Source: Deinococcus radiodurans R1 = ATCC 13939 = DSM 20539
Lineage (GTDB): Bacteria > Deinococcota > Deinococci > Deinococcales > Deinococcaceae
DNA length: 28,482 bases
Assembly: GCF_000008565.1 (NCBI RefSeq)
Contig: NC_001263.1
Location: 1,169,084-1,197,565 of the forward strand
Direction of reading: 5' to 3'
This document shows positions 18,904 through 26,728 of the stretch, piece by piece; position 1 is the first letter of the stretch, and each line of letters starts with the position of its first letter. The notes beneath the pieces were generated by a model. The model was not told where the DNA came from. It searched no databases and saw only the letters and a program-made list of their open reading frames with translations. Position numbers and translations under genes: made by a program.

Positions 18904-19736
18904 CCGGGGACGCCGCTGGAACGCCGCCCGTGCGCTACCGGGTCTTCGCGCCGCGTGGGGTGGACGGCGGCAAGGAGGTCAGCGTCTTCGCGGACGCGGC
19001 GGGCGACCTGCAAGCGCGGGCGGCGCAGGCGGACACGCCGCTGAGCGTGTTCGTCGAGTCGGCTGGCCTGGAAGGCGTGCGGCTGCGGACCTTCACCCCA
19101 CAGCGCGAAAAGGGCGAAAGCGACTCGGCGAGCGTGGCGGCGCTGAGTTGGTTGCAATCTCAGGGCCAGCTCGCGGACTTTGCCGAGGTGCAGGCGGGGG
19201 AGAGCAGCACGCCCGCGCAACTGTGCGGCGGCGAGTGGTTGCTCGCGCAGGGCACACCGCAGGTTTCACCGTGTTCGCTGGAACTGGATGACATTGCCGG
19301 GCGGCTGGGCCTGCCTCTCGCTACGGCCCATCTGGCGAGTACCGGACGCCCCAACCTGGTCGCGGAGGTGCCGGACCTCGCGGCCCTGATGGACTATGTG
19401 CCCGCCGCCGCGCCCATCACGGCGAGTGGAGAGGCGACGGGCAGCAGCGGGCTGGTGCTCTACACGCTTGCCGCGCCTGCCGAAGGGCCGCAACGCCGCG
19501 CCGACGTGAGTTTCCGCGCCTTCGGGCCACTGCGGGGCTTTCTGGAAGACGCCGCGAGCAGCAACATGGCGGCCAACCTCGTGGCAGTGCTCGGCGAGCG
19601 CGGGCTGTGGCCCCAAGACAGCAACGTCCTCCGGGCCGCGCAGTGTCAGCCGGGGCGACCGGCGCTGCTCACCGCTCAGTTCTCGGCGCCCGGCGAGGCC
19701 GTGTGGGTGGGGGGCCGCGCCGAGCGCCTGAACTGA
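18900..19736 (+). CDS. PhzF-family (diaminopimelate-epimerase fold) protein, divergent
   Basis: 278 aa. GTG 18900 overlaps the osmC stop (GTGA). By eye, VRLRTFTPQREKGESDSASVAALSWL resembles VRIRYFTPTVEVPICGHATVAA of E. coli YddE. Likewise RAFGPLRGFLEDAASSNMAANLVAVL resembles RMFSPAIGIVEDPVTGNANGPMGAWL. Confidence 0.55.
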   Translation: MTGDAAGTPPVRYRVFAPRGVDGGKEVSVFADAAGDLQARAAQADTPLSVFVESAGLEGVRLRTFTPQREKGESDSASVAALSWLQSQGQLADFAEVQAGESSTPAQLCGGEWLLAQGTPQVSPCSLELDDIAGRLGLPLATAHLASTGRPNLVAEVPDLAALMDYVPAAAPITASGEATGSSGLVLYTLAAPAEGPQRRADVSFRAFGPLRGFLEDAASSNMAANLVAVLGERGLWPQDSNVLRAAQCQPGRPALLTAQFSAPGEAVWVGGRAERLN

Positions 19737-19837
19737 TTGCCGTTCTGAGGTTTACTTTGGCTTTAGAGCTGAAGCTTCTGGCGTTTTAGGCTTGCCGACT
19801 CCTGCCTGCCCCACAGAGTTGAATCAGACAGGCTGGC

Positions 19838-19843
19838 TATGCT
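19838..19843 (+). promoter_or_regulatory. Candidate -10 box, leaderless or short-leader promoter of the PLD gene
   Basis: TATGCT lies 8 nt upstream of ATG 19852, with no SD. Confidence 0.4.
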
Positions 19844-19851
19844 GCCCGTTG

Positions 19852-21438
19852 ATGAAAAGGCGGCCTGCCCTGCGCGCCCGGCGACCCTCGCGGCTGCGGG
19901 GTCGGCGGCGCTGGGGCACCGTGGTTCTCACTGCCCTGGCGGTGCTGGGCAACGGACGGTCTCAGGCACAGGGGCCACGCGGCTTTCCCTTCGGTCTGGG
20001 GCCTGTTCTCCCGGCACGGCCCCTGTTCGCTCCGCCGTGCGCCGCGCCGCAGAGTCGGCTGCAACGGGCGGTGTGGGAGGCCACGGCGGCGGGCGGCACC
20101 GGGACCGACCTGAGCTGCGCCAACGCCTTTGTCGATTTGCCGCGCACGCCGCGTGGGCCAGGCCTCACCCACGACGCCTTCGACGACCTCGCCGCGCAGA
20201 TTCGCGCCGCCCACAGCGAGGTGCTCGTCGCCAATATGCAGTGGGACTTTGGCCTGGGTCTGCCCGGCAGCACGGTGGTCGCGGGTGTGGCTGACCTGTA
20301 TGCCCGCGTCAAAGCTGACCCGGCGGCCTACCCCCAGGGCATGGCGGTGCGCTTTTCGCTCGGTGGCTATCCCGACCTCGTCCGCACGGTGGACGGGGCC
20401 ACGCAGGCGCTCTCGCTCGCCCGTGATCTGCGGCTGCGTGGGGTGCCGCTGGACGACCCGGCGCTCGGCTGGCGCGTCAGCATTCTGAACTATCCGTACT
20501 TCCCGCACAGCCACGTCAAACTGCACGTGATTGACGGCCAGGACCTGACGGTGGGCAGCTACAACATGAGCTGGACCCAGCTGCCCCGCGCGGAAGGCGG
20601 CAACTCGCAGCACGACACGGGCCTGCACCTGCGCGGGCCGGTGGCGCAGGCGGGCGTAGCGGCGTTCGATGACCTGTGGCGGCACTCGCAGCAGCTTCAT
20701 TGCCCGCCGGAGGTCTTGCCAGTGGAGGTGTTTGACCGCTGCTCCCTGGGCCAGGCCGAGCCGCCGAGTCACCCGCTTGCCGCGCGGTTGGCACTTCCGG
20801 CGGGGCAAGCGCGGGCCTACCTGCTCTACCGCCGCCCCGGCGACGACCAGGGGGACCGGGCGCACCTCGCCCTGATCGGCGCGGCGCAGCGCAGCATCGA
20901 GCTGATGCAGGTGGACTTCAGCCCCGAGCCGGCCTGCTGGGGAGCCCAGGCAGGTCCAGACGGCTGCGGCGCTGACAGCCCCGGCTTCCCGGTCTACTTG
21001 CGGGCACTCCTCAGTGCTATGGAACGCGGCGTGCACGTGCGCGTGCTGCTGATGCCCAACAGCGCCGGCATCGAGCGACCTGGCAACCGCGCCGGCGTGG
21101 CGTTGCTGCGGGCCGAGGCGCGGCGGCGCGGGCTGGAACACCTCTTCGAGGCCCGCTACGTCACCTACACCATGCACGACAAGACCGTCACTTTCGACCA
21201 CGAACTGGCGCTGGTCGGCAGCATGAATTTCCACTTCAGCGCCTGGGGCCCGCTGGGGCTGAACGAGGCCGCCCTCGTCACCGACGACCCGCAGGCCGTT
21301 GCCGAGCAGGACGCCACCTTCGAGCGCGTCTGGCAGTCGGACACCCTCAGCCGCCCGGTGCCGCAGGAATGGTGGTTGAAGTTTGTCCGGGTGAACCGGG
21401 ATGCCTCATCTGCCGTCAGTCTTCCTTCTCTACACTGA
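19852..21438 (+). CDS. Phospholipase D superfamily protein with two HKD motifs and an N-terminal signal/anchor
   Basis: Starting at ATG 19852 gives MKRRPALRARRPSRLRGRRRWGTVVLTALAVLGNG, a basic N-terminus plus a hydrophobic helix. The first HKD is HVKLHVIDGQDLTVGSYN and the second is HDKTVTFDHELALVGSMN. The product is 528 aa. Confidence 0.8.
   Translation: MKRRPALRARRPSRLRGRRRWGTVVLTALAVLGNGRSQAQGPRGFPFGLGPVLPARPLFAPPCAAPQSRLQRAVWEATAAGGTGTDLSCANAFVDLPRTPRGPGLTHDAFDDLAAQIRAAHSEVLVANMQWDFGLGLPGSTVVAGVADLYARVKADPAAYPQGMAVRFSLGGYPDLVRTVDGATQALSLARDLRLRGVPLDDPALGWRVSILNYPYFPHSHVKLHVIDGQDLTVGSYNMSWTQLPRAEGGNSQHDTGLHLRGPVAQAGVAAFDDLWRHSQQLHCPPEVLPVEVFDRCSLGQAEPPSHPLAARLALPAGQARAYLLYRRPGDDQGDRAHLALIGAAQRSIELMQVDFSPEPACWGAQAGPDGCGADSPGFPVYLRALLSAMERGVHVRVLLMPNSAGIERPGNRAGVALLRAEARRRGLEHLFEARYVTYTMHDKTVTFDHELALVGSMNFHFSAWGPLGLNEAALVTDDPQAVAEQDATFERVWQSDTLSRPVPQEWWLKFVRVNRDASSAVSLPSLH
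21431..21436 (+). promoter_or_regulatory. Candidate internal -10 box for the downstream lipoprotein gene
   Basis: TACACT lies 6 nt upstream of ATG 21443. The hexamer overlaps the PLD stop codon (TGA 21436-21438). Confidence 0.35.
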
Positions 21439-21442
21439 CGCC

Positions 21443-21952
21443 ATGAGAACACCTTCTGCGCTGCTGTCTTTGGCCGCCGTGGGCCTGCTCGCCTCCTGCG
21501 CTCCGGCGGTGACGGGGCCCCAACTCGGGCGCATCGTGAGTGGCAGCACCGGTGAGGAAGGCACCGTGTCCATCGTGCGCGGCACCCTGCGCCCTATAGT
21601 CGCCGACCCCTTCGCGCCCGACAACGTGACCATCGAAATCGGCGGGCAAACCTACAAGGGCCGCACGCAGATCGTGGGCCGCCCCGCCACGGCTTTGCCC
21701 GCCGGCTGGGGCCTGAGCGTGGGCGTCGGCGGTAGCACCCGCCCCGGGGACAGCGGCCAGGCGGCGCTCGGCTGGGACACCCGCCTCGACAGCCCGCGTC
21801 CTGCGGAGGTCAGCTACAGCGGCAACCTGATCGCCCGCACGAACGGCGCCCGGGTCCGCACCCTGACCTGCACCCTCACCGTGGACGCCCGCGAGCGCGG
21901 CTTCGGCGAATGCACGGGCGAGAACGGCACGAAGTACGCTTTGCAATTCTGA
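21443..21952 (+). CDS. Lipoprotein of unknown function
   Basis: Starting at ATG 21443 gives MRTPSALLSLAAVGLLASC, a signal peptide with the lipobox LLASC. The product is 169 aa and Gly/Thr-rich, and I recognise no family. It starts 4 nt after the PLD stop. Confidence 0.65.
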   Translation: MRTPSALLSLAAVGLLASCAPAVTGPQLGRIVSGSTGEEGTVSIVRGTLRPIVADPFAPDNVTIEIGGQTYKGRTQIVGRPATALPAGWGLSVGVGGSTRPGDSGQAALGWDTRLDSPRPAEVSYSGNLIARTNGARVRTLTCTLTVDARERGFGECTGENGTKYALQF

Positions 21953-21965
21953 AACTTGAAACGCG

Positions 21966-22004
21966 AACGCCTCCGCGCCGTAACAGGTGCGGAGGCGTTT
22001 TTTC
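21966..22004 (+). terminator. Intrinsic terminator after the lipoprotein gene, between convergent genes
   Basis: A perfect 11-bp stem AACGCCTCCGC/GCGGAGGCGTT (21966-21976 with 21989-21999) has a 12-nt loop and is followed by TTTTT. Confidence 0.75.
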
Positions 22005-22010
22005 TCCGTT

Positions 22011-22424
22011 TTAAGGTTTGATCTCGCCCTCATCGCCTTTTTGCCAGTAAGCGATGCGCGTCGCTTCCACCCGAATCATGCAGATGCCCGGCGTTTCCAG
22101 CCCCTGCTCGAACCACTGGTCTAGGTCAGGCGTCCAGTGCGGCTGCATGGTGGGGCGGTGCTCGGTGACGGTGGCGTGGCCCTCGACAGCCACGAACAGC
22201 CCACCTTTGCCCTGAAAGCCGAGGCTCACTTTGGCGTCCTTTTCGATGTCGTGTACGGTGCGCGAGTCCTTCCAGGTGAAAAAGTACGAATTGCCGTCGT
22301 ACTCGACCTCGCCGTTGTTGCTCATGGGCCGCTGCGCGATGTGTCCGTAGGCGGTGTGAGTGGCGAACAGGCACAGGTCAATGCCGCGCATGTCGCGGGC
22401 CAGGTCTTTCAGGGTTTTCGACAT
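22011..22424 (-). CDS. Pyridoxamine 5'-phosphate oxidase-like FMN-binding protein (general stress protein 26 family)
   Basis: 137 aa. Its length and pattern (CLFATHTAYGHIAQRPMS...YFFTWKDSRTVHDIEKDAKVSLGF...GLFVAVEGHATV) fit the GSP26/PNPOx-like split-barrel family. Confidence 0.8.
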   Translation of the reverse strand: MSKTLKDLARDMRGIDLCLFATHTAYGHIAQRPMSNNGEVEYDGNSYFFTWKDSRTVHDIEKDAKVSLGFQGKGGLFVAVEGHATVTEHRPTMQPHWTPDLDQWFEQGLETPGICMIRVEATRIAYWQKGDEGEIKP

Positions 22425-22558
22425 GGCCTCAGCCTGCGGGAAAAGGCCGGGGCGCGGGTGGCCGTTGACTCAAGCCGGCTTGGGAATCCCGCTGGAAGGG
22501 CCGGGGCTGCCCAGTCCGCCTCTGGTCGCTGCCGCCTCCGCGTGCTTTCCTCTGAAGC

Positions 22559-23083
22559 ATGACCTCTGTCATTCGCCCCGCTGTCATTCGCCTGGCCACG
22601 CCCGCCGACCTGCCCGGCATTCTGGAGATCTACAACGACGCCGTGCTGAACACGACGGCCAGTTATGACCTCGAACCCGCGACCCTGCAAAGCCGGGAGG
22701 AGTGGTTCGCGGCGCGGCAGCGGGCCGGGTTCCCGGTGTTCGTGGCGCAGGGGGAGGGCGGCACGGTGCTGGGCTTTGCCAGTTACGGCACCTTCCGCGA
22801 AAAGCCCGGCTACAACGGCACCGTCGAGCACAGTGTCTATATCCGCGACGGTCAACGCGGCGCCGGTCTGGGGCTGGCGCTGATGGAGCGGCTGATTGCG
22901 GAGGCCCGGGCCCAGCACCTCCACGTCATGCTCGGCAGCGTGGACGCCGACAATGCCGGCAGCATCGCCTTTCACGAGCGGCTGGGCTTTCGTCAGGTGG
23001 CCCATTTTCATCAGGTGGGGCGCAAGTTTGGCCGCTGGCTGGACATGGTGTTCGTGGAACTGCTGCTGGACGAGGAGAGCTAA
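22559..23083 (+). CDS. GNAT N-acetyltransferase, phosphinothricin/methionine-sulfoximine acetyltransferase (PAT) type
   Basis: 174 aa. It has IRLATPADLPGILEIYNDAVLNTTASYD, EHSVYIRDGQRGAGLGLALMERLI, NAGSIAFHERLGF and GRKFGRWLDMVFVE, the typical PAT-subfamily blocks. Confidence 0.85.
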   Translation: MTSVIRPAVIRLATPADLPGILEIYNDAVLNTTASYDLEPATLQSREEWFAARQRAGFPVFVAQGEGGTVLGFASYGTFREKPGYNGTVEHSVYIRDGQRGAGLGLALMERLIAEARAQHLHVMLGSVDADNAGSIAFHERLGFRQVAHFHQVGRKFGRWLDMVFVELLLDEES

Positions 23084-23160
23084 AACGGCGTAAGTTTCGC
23101 GACTTAGACAGACCTAACCGAGCGGGAAGAAAAGCCATAAAGTCGCAAGAACAACTGGCC

Positions 23161-23166
23161 TAGACT
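23161..23166 (+). promoter_or_regulatory. Candidate -10 box, leaderless promoter of mazG
   Basis: TAGACT lies 6 nt upstream of ATG 23173, with no SD. Confidence 0.45.
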
Positions 23167-23172
23167 CGCCCC

Positions 23173-23799
23173 ATGCAAGAACTGCTGACCGTCATGCGCC
23201 GTCTGCGTGGGCCAGGGGGCTGCCCCTGGGACCAGGAACAGACCCACGAATCGCTGCGCCCTTACCTGCTCGAAGAAGCCGCCGAGGCTGCCGACGCCGT
23301 GGCCCAGGGCCCGCAAGCCCTCGCCGACGAACTTGGGGACGTGCTGCTGCAAGTCGCCTTTCATTCGGTGATTGCCGAGGGAGAAGGTACTTTCTCCTAT
23401 CCCGAAGTCGAGCGCGGCATTGTAGAAAAGCTGATTCGCCGTCATCCCCACGTCTTCGGGAAAACGCAGGTGAGCGGCAGCGAGGAAGTCGTGAGCAACT
23501 GGCAGGCGATCAAGGCCGCCGAACGGGGCGGTCAACCCCGCAGCGCCGCCGACCGGGTGCCCGCCGCGCTGGGGGCACTGGCACGCGAGGCCAAGACGCA
23601 GAAGCTCGCCGGCAGGGCCAAGACAGGCCGCGCCGAGCTTACCGCCGCTCTAAATGCTGCCCCCGACAGCGAAAGCGGTGTGGCTGAGGTCCTTGCCGCC
23701 GCCGTCGCCTGGGCCAGAAGCCTGGGCGTGGACCCCGAGATTGCTCTGCGGGCGCACACCGCCCAGACGCTCGCCACGCTGCCGGACGAGACGGCATGA
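23173..23799 (+). CDS. mazG: Nucleoside triphosphate pyrophosphohydrolase MazG
   Basis: 208 aa. It has [45 protein letters not shown] and [11 protein letters not shown], the canonical MazG motifs. Confidence 0.9.
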
Positions 23800-24380
23800 C
23801 AGCGCCCCACGACCCCCTCGACGATATTCAGGCCGATCCCTGGGCGCTGTGGCTCTCGGGGCGCACTCGCACCGCGCTCGAACTGCCGCACTACCGCCGG
23901 GCCGCCGTGCTTGTCGCGCTGACCCGCGAGGCCGACCCCCGCGTCCTGCTTACGGTGCGCTCAAGTGAGTTGCCGACCCACAAGGGCCAGATTGCCTTTC
24001 CGGGCGGCAGCCTCGACGCGGGGGAGACGCCCACCCAGGCCGCCCTGCGCGAAGCTCAGGAAGAAGTCGCCCTTGACCCCGCCGCCGTGACCCTGCTCGG
24101 TGAACTCGATGACGTGTTCACGCCGGTGGGCTTTCACGTGACGCCGGTCCTGGGCCGCATCGCCCCTGAAGCGCTCGACACATTGCGGGTCACGCCAGAG
24201 GTGGCGCAGATCATCACCCCGACCCTGGCCGAACTGCGGGCCGTGCCGCTGGTGCGCGAGCGCCGCACTCTGCCCGACGGAACCGAGGTGCCGCTCTACC
24301 GCTATCCCTGGCGCGGCCTCGACATCTGGGGCATGACGGCGCGGGTGCTGCACGACCTGCTGGAGCAGGGGCCGGGCTGA
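23796..24380 (+). CDS. Nudix hydrolase, CoA pyrophosphatase type
   Basis: 194 aa. The ATG overlaps the mazG stop (ATGA). It has the NuCoA motif [21 protein letters not shown], followed by the Nudix box [24 protein letters not shown]. Confidence 0.85.
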
Positions 24381-24394
24381 CCTTCCCAGACCAC

Positions 24395-24428
24395 AAAAAT
24401 CCCCTCCCACGACGGGGAGGGGGTTTTG
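24395..24428. terminator. Bidirectional intrinsic terminator between the Nudix gene and the convergent envelope-protein gene
   Basis: The stem CCCCTCCC/GGGAGGGG (24401-24408 with 24415-24422) has a 6-nt loop. It is flanked by AAAAAT upstream and TTTT downstream. Confidence 0.7.
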
Positions 24429-24442
24429 ACGTTCAGCGGGGC

Positions 24443-25486
24443 TCAGCGAACGGGGGTGATGTTGACCTGGGCGTTCTGGGTCACGTTGTAGGTGTTGATG
24501 AAGGTGCGGTAGCCGGGGGCGATGATCACGACTTCGTGGCCGCCACGAGTCACGTTGAGGGCCAGGCTGCCGTTCTGGATGGTGCCGGCTTCCACGCCGT
24601 CCACGAACACACGGGCGCCGCTCACGCTGCTGCGCAGAACGAAGCTGTAGTTGTTGGTGTTCACCACGGGCGCCGGGGTGGGCACGGGGGTGTTGGTGCG
24701 GTTGAACTCCACGTTCAGGTTGGTGGTGGTGTTGGCACGCACGGTGATGGTCGTGGTGTAGTCGGCAAAGCCGGGGGCCTTGACGCGCACGGGGTAGCTG
24801 CCGGGGGCGATGCCGCTGTAGGTGGTGTTGGCGGCGCCCAGGGTGCGACCGTTGATGATCACGGTGCTGCCGGGAACGTTGGTGCCCACGAACAGGCTGC
24901 CGGTGGTCACGGGAGCGCGGGACGCCACGCTGAAGAACGCGGTGTCACTCACCCAGCTGTTCTGGGGAATGGGATTGACCACGATGCTCAGGGCCTGGGC
25001 AAGCTGGTCCTGGCCGCGGGTGGCGGCGGTGGCGAACTGGTCCTGGGTGGTCTTGAACGAGGTGATCTGGTCGAGGTTCAGCGGCTCAAGGCTGGCGAGC
25101 GCGAGCACCTTGTTCAGGCCCACAGGGCCACCCACGTTGAACACGAAGTTGTCGCCCTGCGAGGGGAAAGTCACGGTGGTGTTCGCCTTGACGAAGTTGC
25201 CGCCGCTGTTGCTCAGGCGGTTGGGCAGAATCTGGGTCACTTCGCCGGTGCTGTCGAGGTTGAACAGGTACACGTAGGCGTCGCGGTTGACGCTGGTGCT
25301 GATGCGGATCGGCTCACCGTCGAGGTACACGGGGTTGGCGCTGCCGGTGGTGTCCTTGTCCACGCGCACGCTGACGCTCAGGTCAGGTTGAGTGGGGTTC
25401 ACGATAATGCTCTGGGCGCTAATTTTAGGGGCGGCGAAAGCAGTGCTGGCCAGCAGGGCCACCGGAATCATCAGAAACTTTTTCAT
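24443..25486 (-). CDS. Secreted envelope protein: signal peptide, DUF4384-like domain, two PEGA-like domains
   Basis: 347 aa. The signal peptide is [18 protein letters not shown]. The DUF4384-like block is [20 protein letters not shown]...TVTFP. The two PEGA-type repeats are VIINGRTLG...[13 protein letters not shown] and VFVDGVEAG...[14 protein letters not shown] strong SD (GGAGGA) lies 4 nt upstream. Confidence 0.75.
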   Translation of the reverse strand: MKKFLMIPVALLASTAFAAPKISAQSIIVNPTQPDLSVSVRVDKDTTGSANPVYLDGEPIRISTSVNRDAYVYLFNLDSTGEVTQILPNRLSNSGGNFVKANTTVTFPSQGDNFVFNVGGPVGLNKVLALASLEPLNLDQITSFKTTQDQFATAATRGQDQLAQALSIVVNPIPQNSWVSDTAFFSVASRAPVTTGSLFVGTNVPGSTVIINGRTLGAANTTYSGIAPGSYPVRVKAPGFADYTTTITVRANTTTNLNVEFNRTNTPVPTPAPVVNTNNYSFVLRSSVSGARVFVDGVEAGTIQNGSLALNVTRGGHEVVIIAPGYRTFINTYNVTQNAQVNITPVR

Positions 25487-25853
25487 GTCGTCCTCCGGAG
25501 AAAAGACTAAGCGGGCAAAGGTGACGGGCCATGAGCGAAACAGGCTGGAACATTAATAGTGATTCAGCCCACCGTCAGGAAGGTGACGTTCCTCGTCAGC
25601 TTCAGCTTTGGACCTTTGATCTAGAGCAGTTCTCCGAATTACGCGTGCGTCGGAACAGCACCGCCACCCGCTCCATTCTCCGTCCTGCTCCATGTTTTGT
25701 ACTCGCTCCGCTCGCCAAAAAGCTGTGCCATCTTTTTGTCAAATGCTCTAAGCGCGATTGAAGCTGTTGCCGTTGCGACTGGGCGAGGTTTTTCTTAAGG
25801 CCGTACCGGCATTCGCCCGGTCTTATGCACTCAATTGCAGTCAGGGCGCGGCT

Positions 25854-25859
25854 TACACT
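25854..25859 (+). promoter_or_regulatory. Candidate -10 box for the TerC-family gene (very short or no leader)
   Basis: TACACT lies 9 nt upstream of ATG 25869, with no SD. Confidence 0.4.
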
Positions 25860-25868
25860 GCGGGTCCG

Positions 25869-26669
25869 ATGTTCGATTTCCTGTCTGCCCTGAGTACCCC
25901 TGAAGCCCTGGTGGGCGTGCTGAGCCTGACGCTGCTGGAGCTGGTGCTCGGGATCGACAACATCATCTTCATCACCCTGCTCGCTTCCCGCTTGCCCCGG
26001 CAGCAGCAGGCATTGGGGCGCACGCTGGGGCTGGGGCTGGCGGTGATTACCCGTTTGGCCCTGCTTGCCAGCGTGACCTGGCTGACGCACCTGACGCAGC
26101 CGGTGCTGACGCTGTTTGGCCACGGCCTGAGCATCCGCGACCTGGTGTTGCTTGCCGGGGGCCTTTTTCTGATGTTCAAGAGCGTGCGCGAGCTGAGCAC
26201 CATGGCCGCCGACCCACTCGGCACCGACCCCGCCAGCAACCAGCCGATCTCACTCGCCTCGGCGCTGATTCAGATTCCGCTGATTGATCTGGTGTTCAGC
26301 CTCGACAGCGTGATCACGGCAGTCGGTATGAGCGGCAGCTTTCCGGTGATGGCGACGGCGGTGGTGCTGTCCATGCTCGTCATGATCGCGGCGAGTGGCG
26401 CCATCAGCCGCTTCATGGACGAGCACCTGCCGGTCAAGCTGCTGGCGACGGCTTTCCTGCTGCTGGTGGGCTCCTCGCTGGTCATGGGTGCTTTCGGGGT
26501 GGAGGTGCCGAGCGTGTACCTGTACTTCACCCTGCTTTTCGCCGGGCTGGTCATGCTCTTTACCGTCCGCGCCGCCCGCAACATCCGCAGCACGTTGGTC
26601 GAGCAGGCCCGCGCCCAGGCCCGCGAGGACCTGCGCCGGGAGATGGAGGAGCAGGACCTGCTGAAGTAA
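25869..26669 (+). CDS. TerC-family integral membrane protein (putative Mn2+/metal exporter family)
   Basis: Starting at ATG 25869 gives MFDFLSALSTPEALVGVLSLTLLELVLGIDNIIFITLLASRLP. The LE..L..DN pattern recurs at IPLIDLVFSLDSVITAVG. The product is 266 aa. The upstream TTG 25758 extension lies in lower-GC sequence and is rejected. Confidence 0.8.
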   Translation: MFDFLSALSTPEALVGVLSLTLLELVLGIDNIIFITLLASRLPRQQQALGRTLGLGLAVITRLALLASVTWLTHLTQPVLTLFGHGLSIRDLVLLAGGLFLMFKSVRELSTMAADPLGTDPASNQPISLASALIQIPLIDLVFSLDSVITAVGMSGSFPVMATAVVLSMLVMIAASGAISRFMDEHLPVKLLATAFLLLVGSSLVMGAFGVEVPSVYLYFTLLFAGLVMLFTVRAARNIRSTLVEQARAQAREDLRREMEEQDLLK

Positions 26670-26672
26670 GGG

Positions 26673-26723
26673 CACAAGGGAAGGCGCCGCAAAGTCAATT
26701 GACTTTGCGGCGCCTCTCTTGTG
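26673..26723. terminator. Long hairpin/palindrome between convergent genes (probable bidirectional terminator)
   Basis: A perfect 34-nt palindrome AGGCGCCGCAAAGTCAATTGACTTTGCGGCGCCT (26682-26715) is extended by CACAAG (26673-26678) pairing with CTTGTG (26718-26723). GGGTTTATTT follows downstream. Confidence 0.6.
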
Positions 26724-26728
26724 CGGGT

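Noticed and set aside
19837-21234. A 465-aa ORF on the minus strand.
   Set aside because: It is antisense to the PLD-superfamily gene, where both HKD motifs are in the plus frame. No motifs are seen and it is a GC artefact. The same reasoning applies to 10087-11241(+), 10256-11335(-), 8383-9300(+), 6122-6871(-), 24536-25510(+), 26699-27790(+), 11569-12339(+) and 12336-13106(-).
25531-25761. A 76-aa ORF in the lower-GC intergenic region.
   Set aside because: It has no SD or -10 signature, its codon third positions are not GC-biased like real genes here, and no family resemblance was seen. It is more likely non-coding.
25821-25837. A possible radiation/desiccation response motif (RDRM, DdrO operator) at TTATGCACTCAATTGCA.
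   Set aside because: Only the left half-site (TTATG) resembles the palindromic RDRM consensus as I remember it, and the right half (TTGCA) does not complete the dyad. I saw no better RDRM candidate in the other intergenic regions.
25700-25868. A possible yybP-ykoY (Mn2+) riboswitch upstream of the TerC-family gene.
   Set aside because: TerC/Alx genes often carry this riboswitch, but I could not find the conserved GGGGAGUAG core or the paired 3' conserved block on the plus strand. A -10-like TACACT sits only 9 nt from the ATG, which argues against a long leader. An Infernal scan would settle it.
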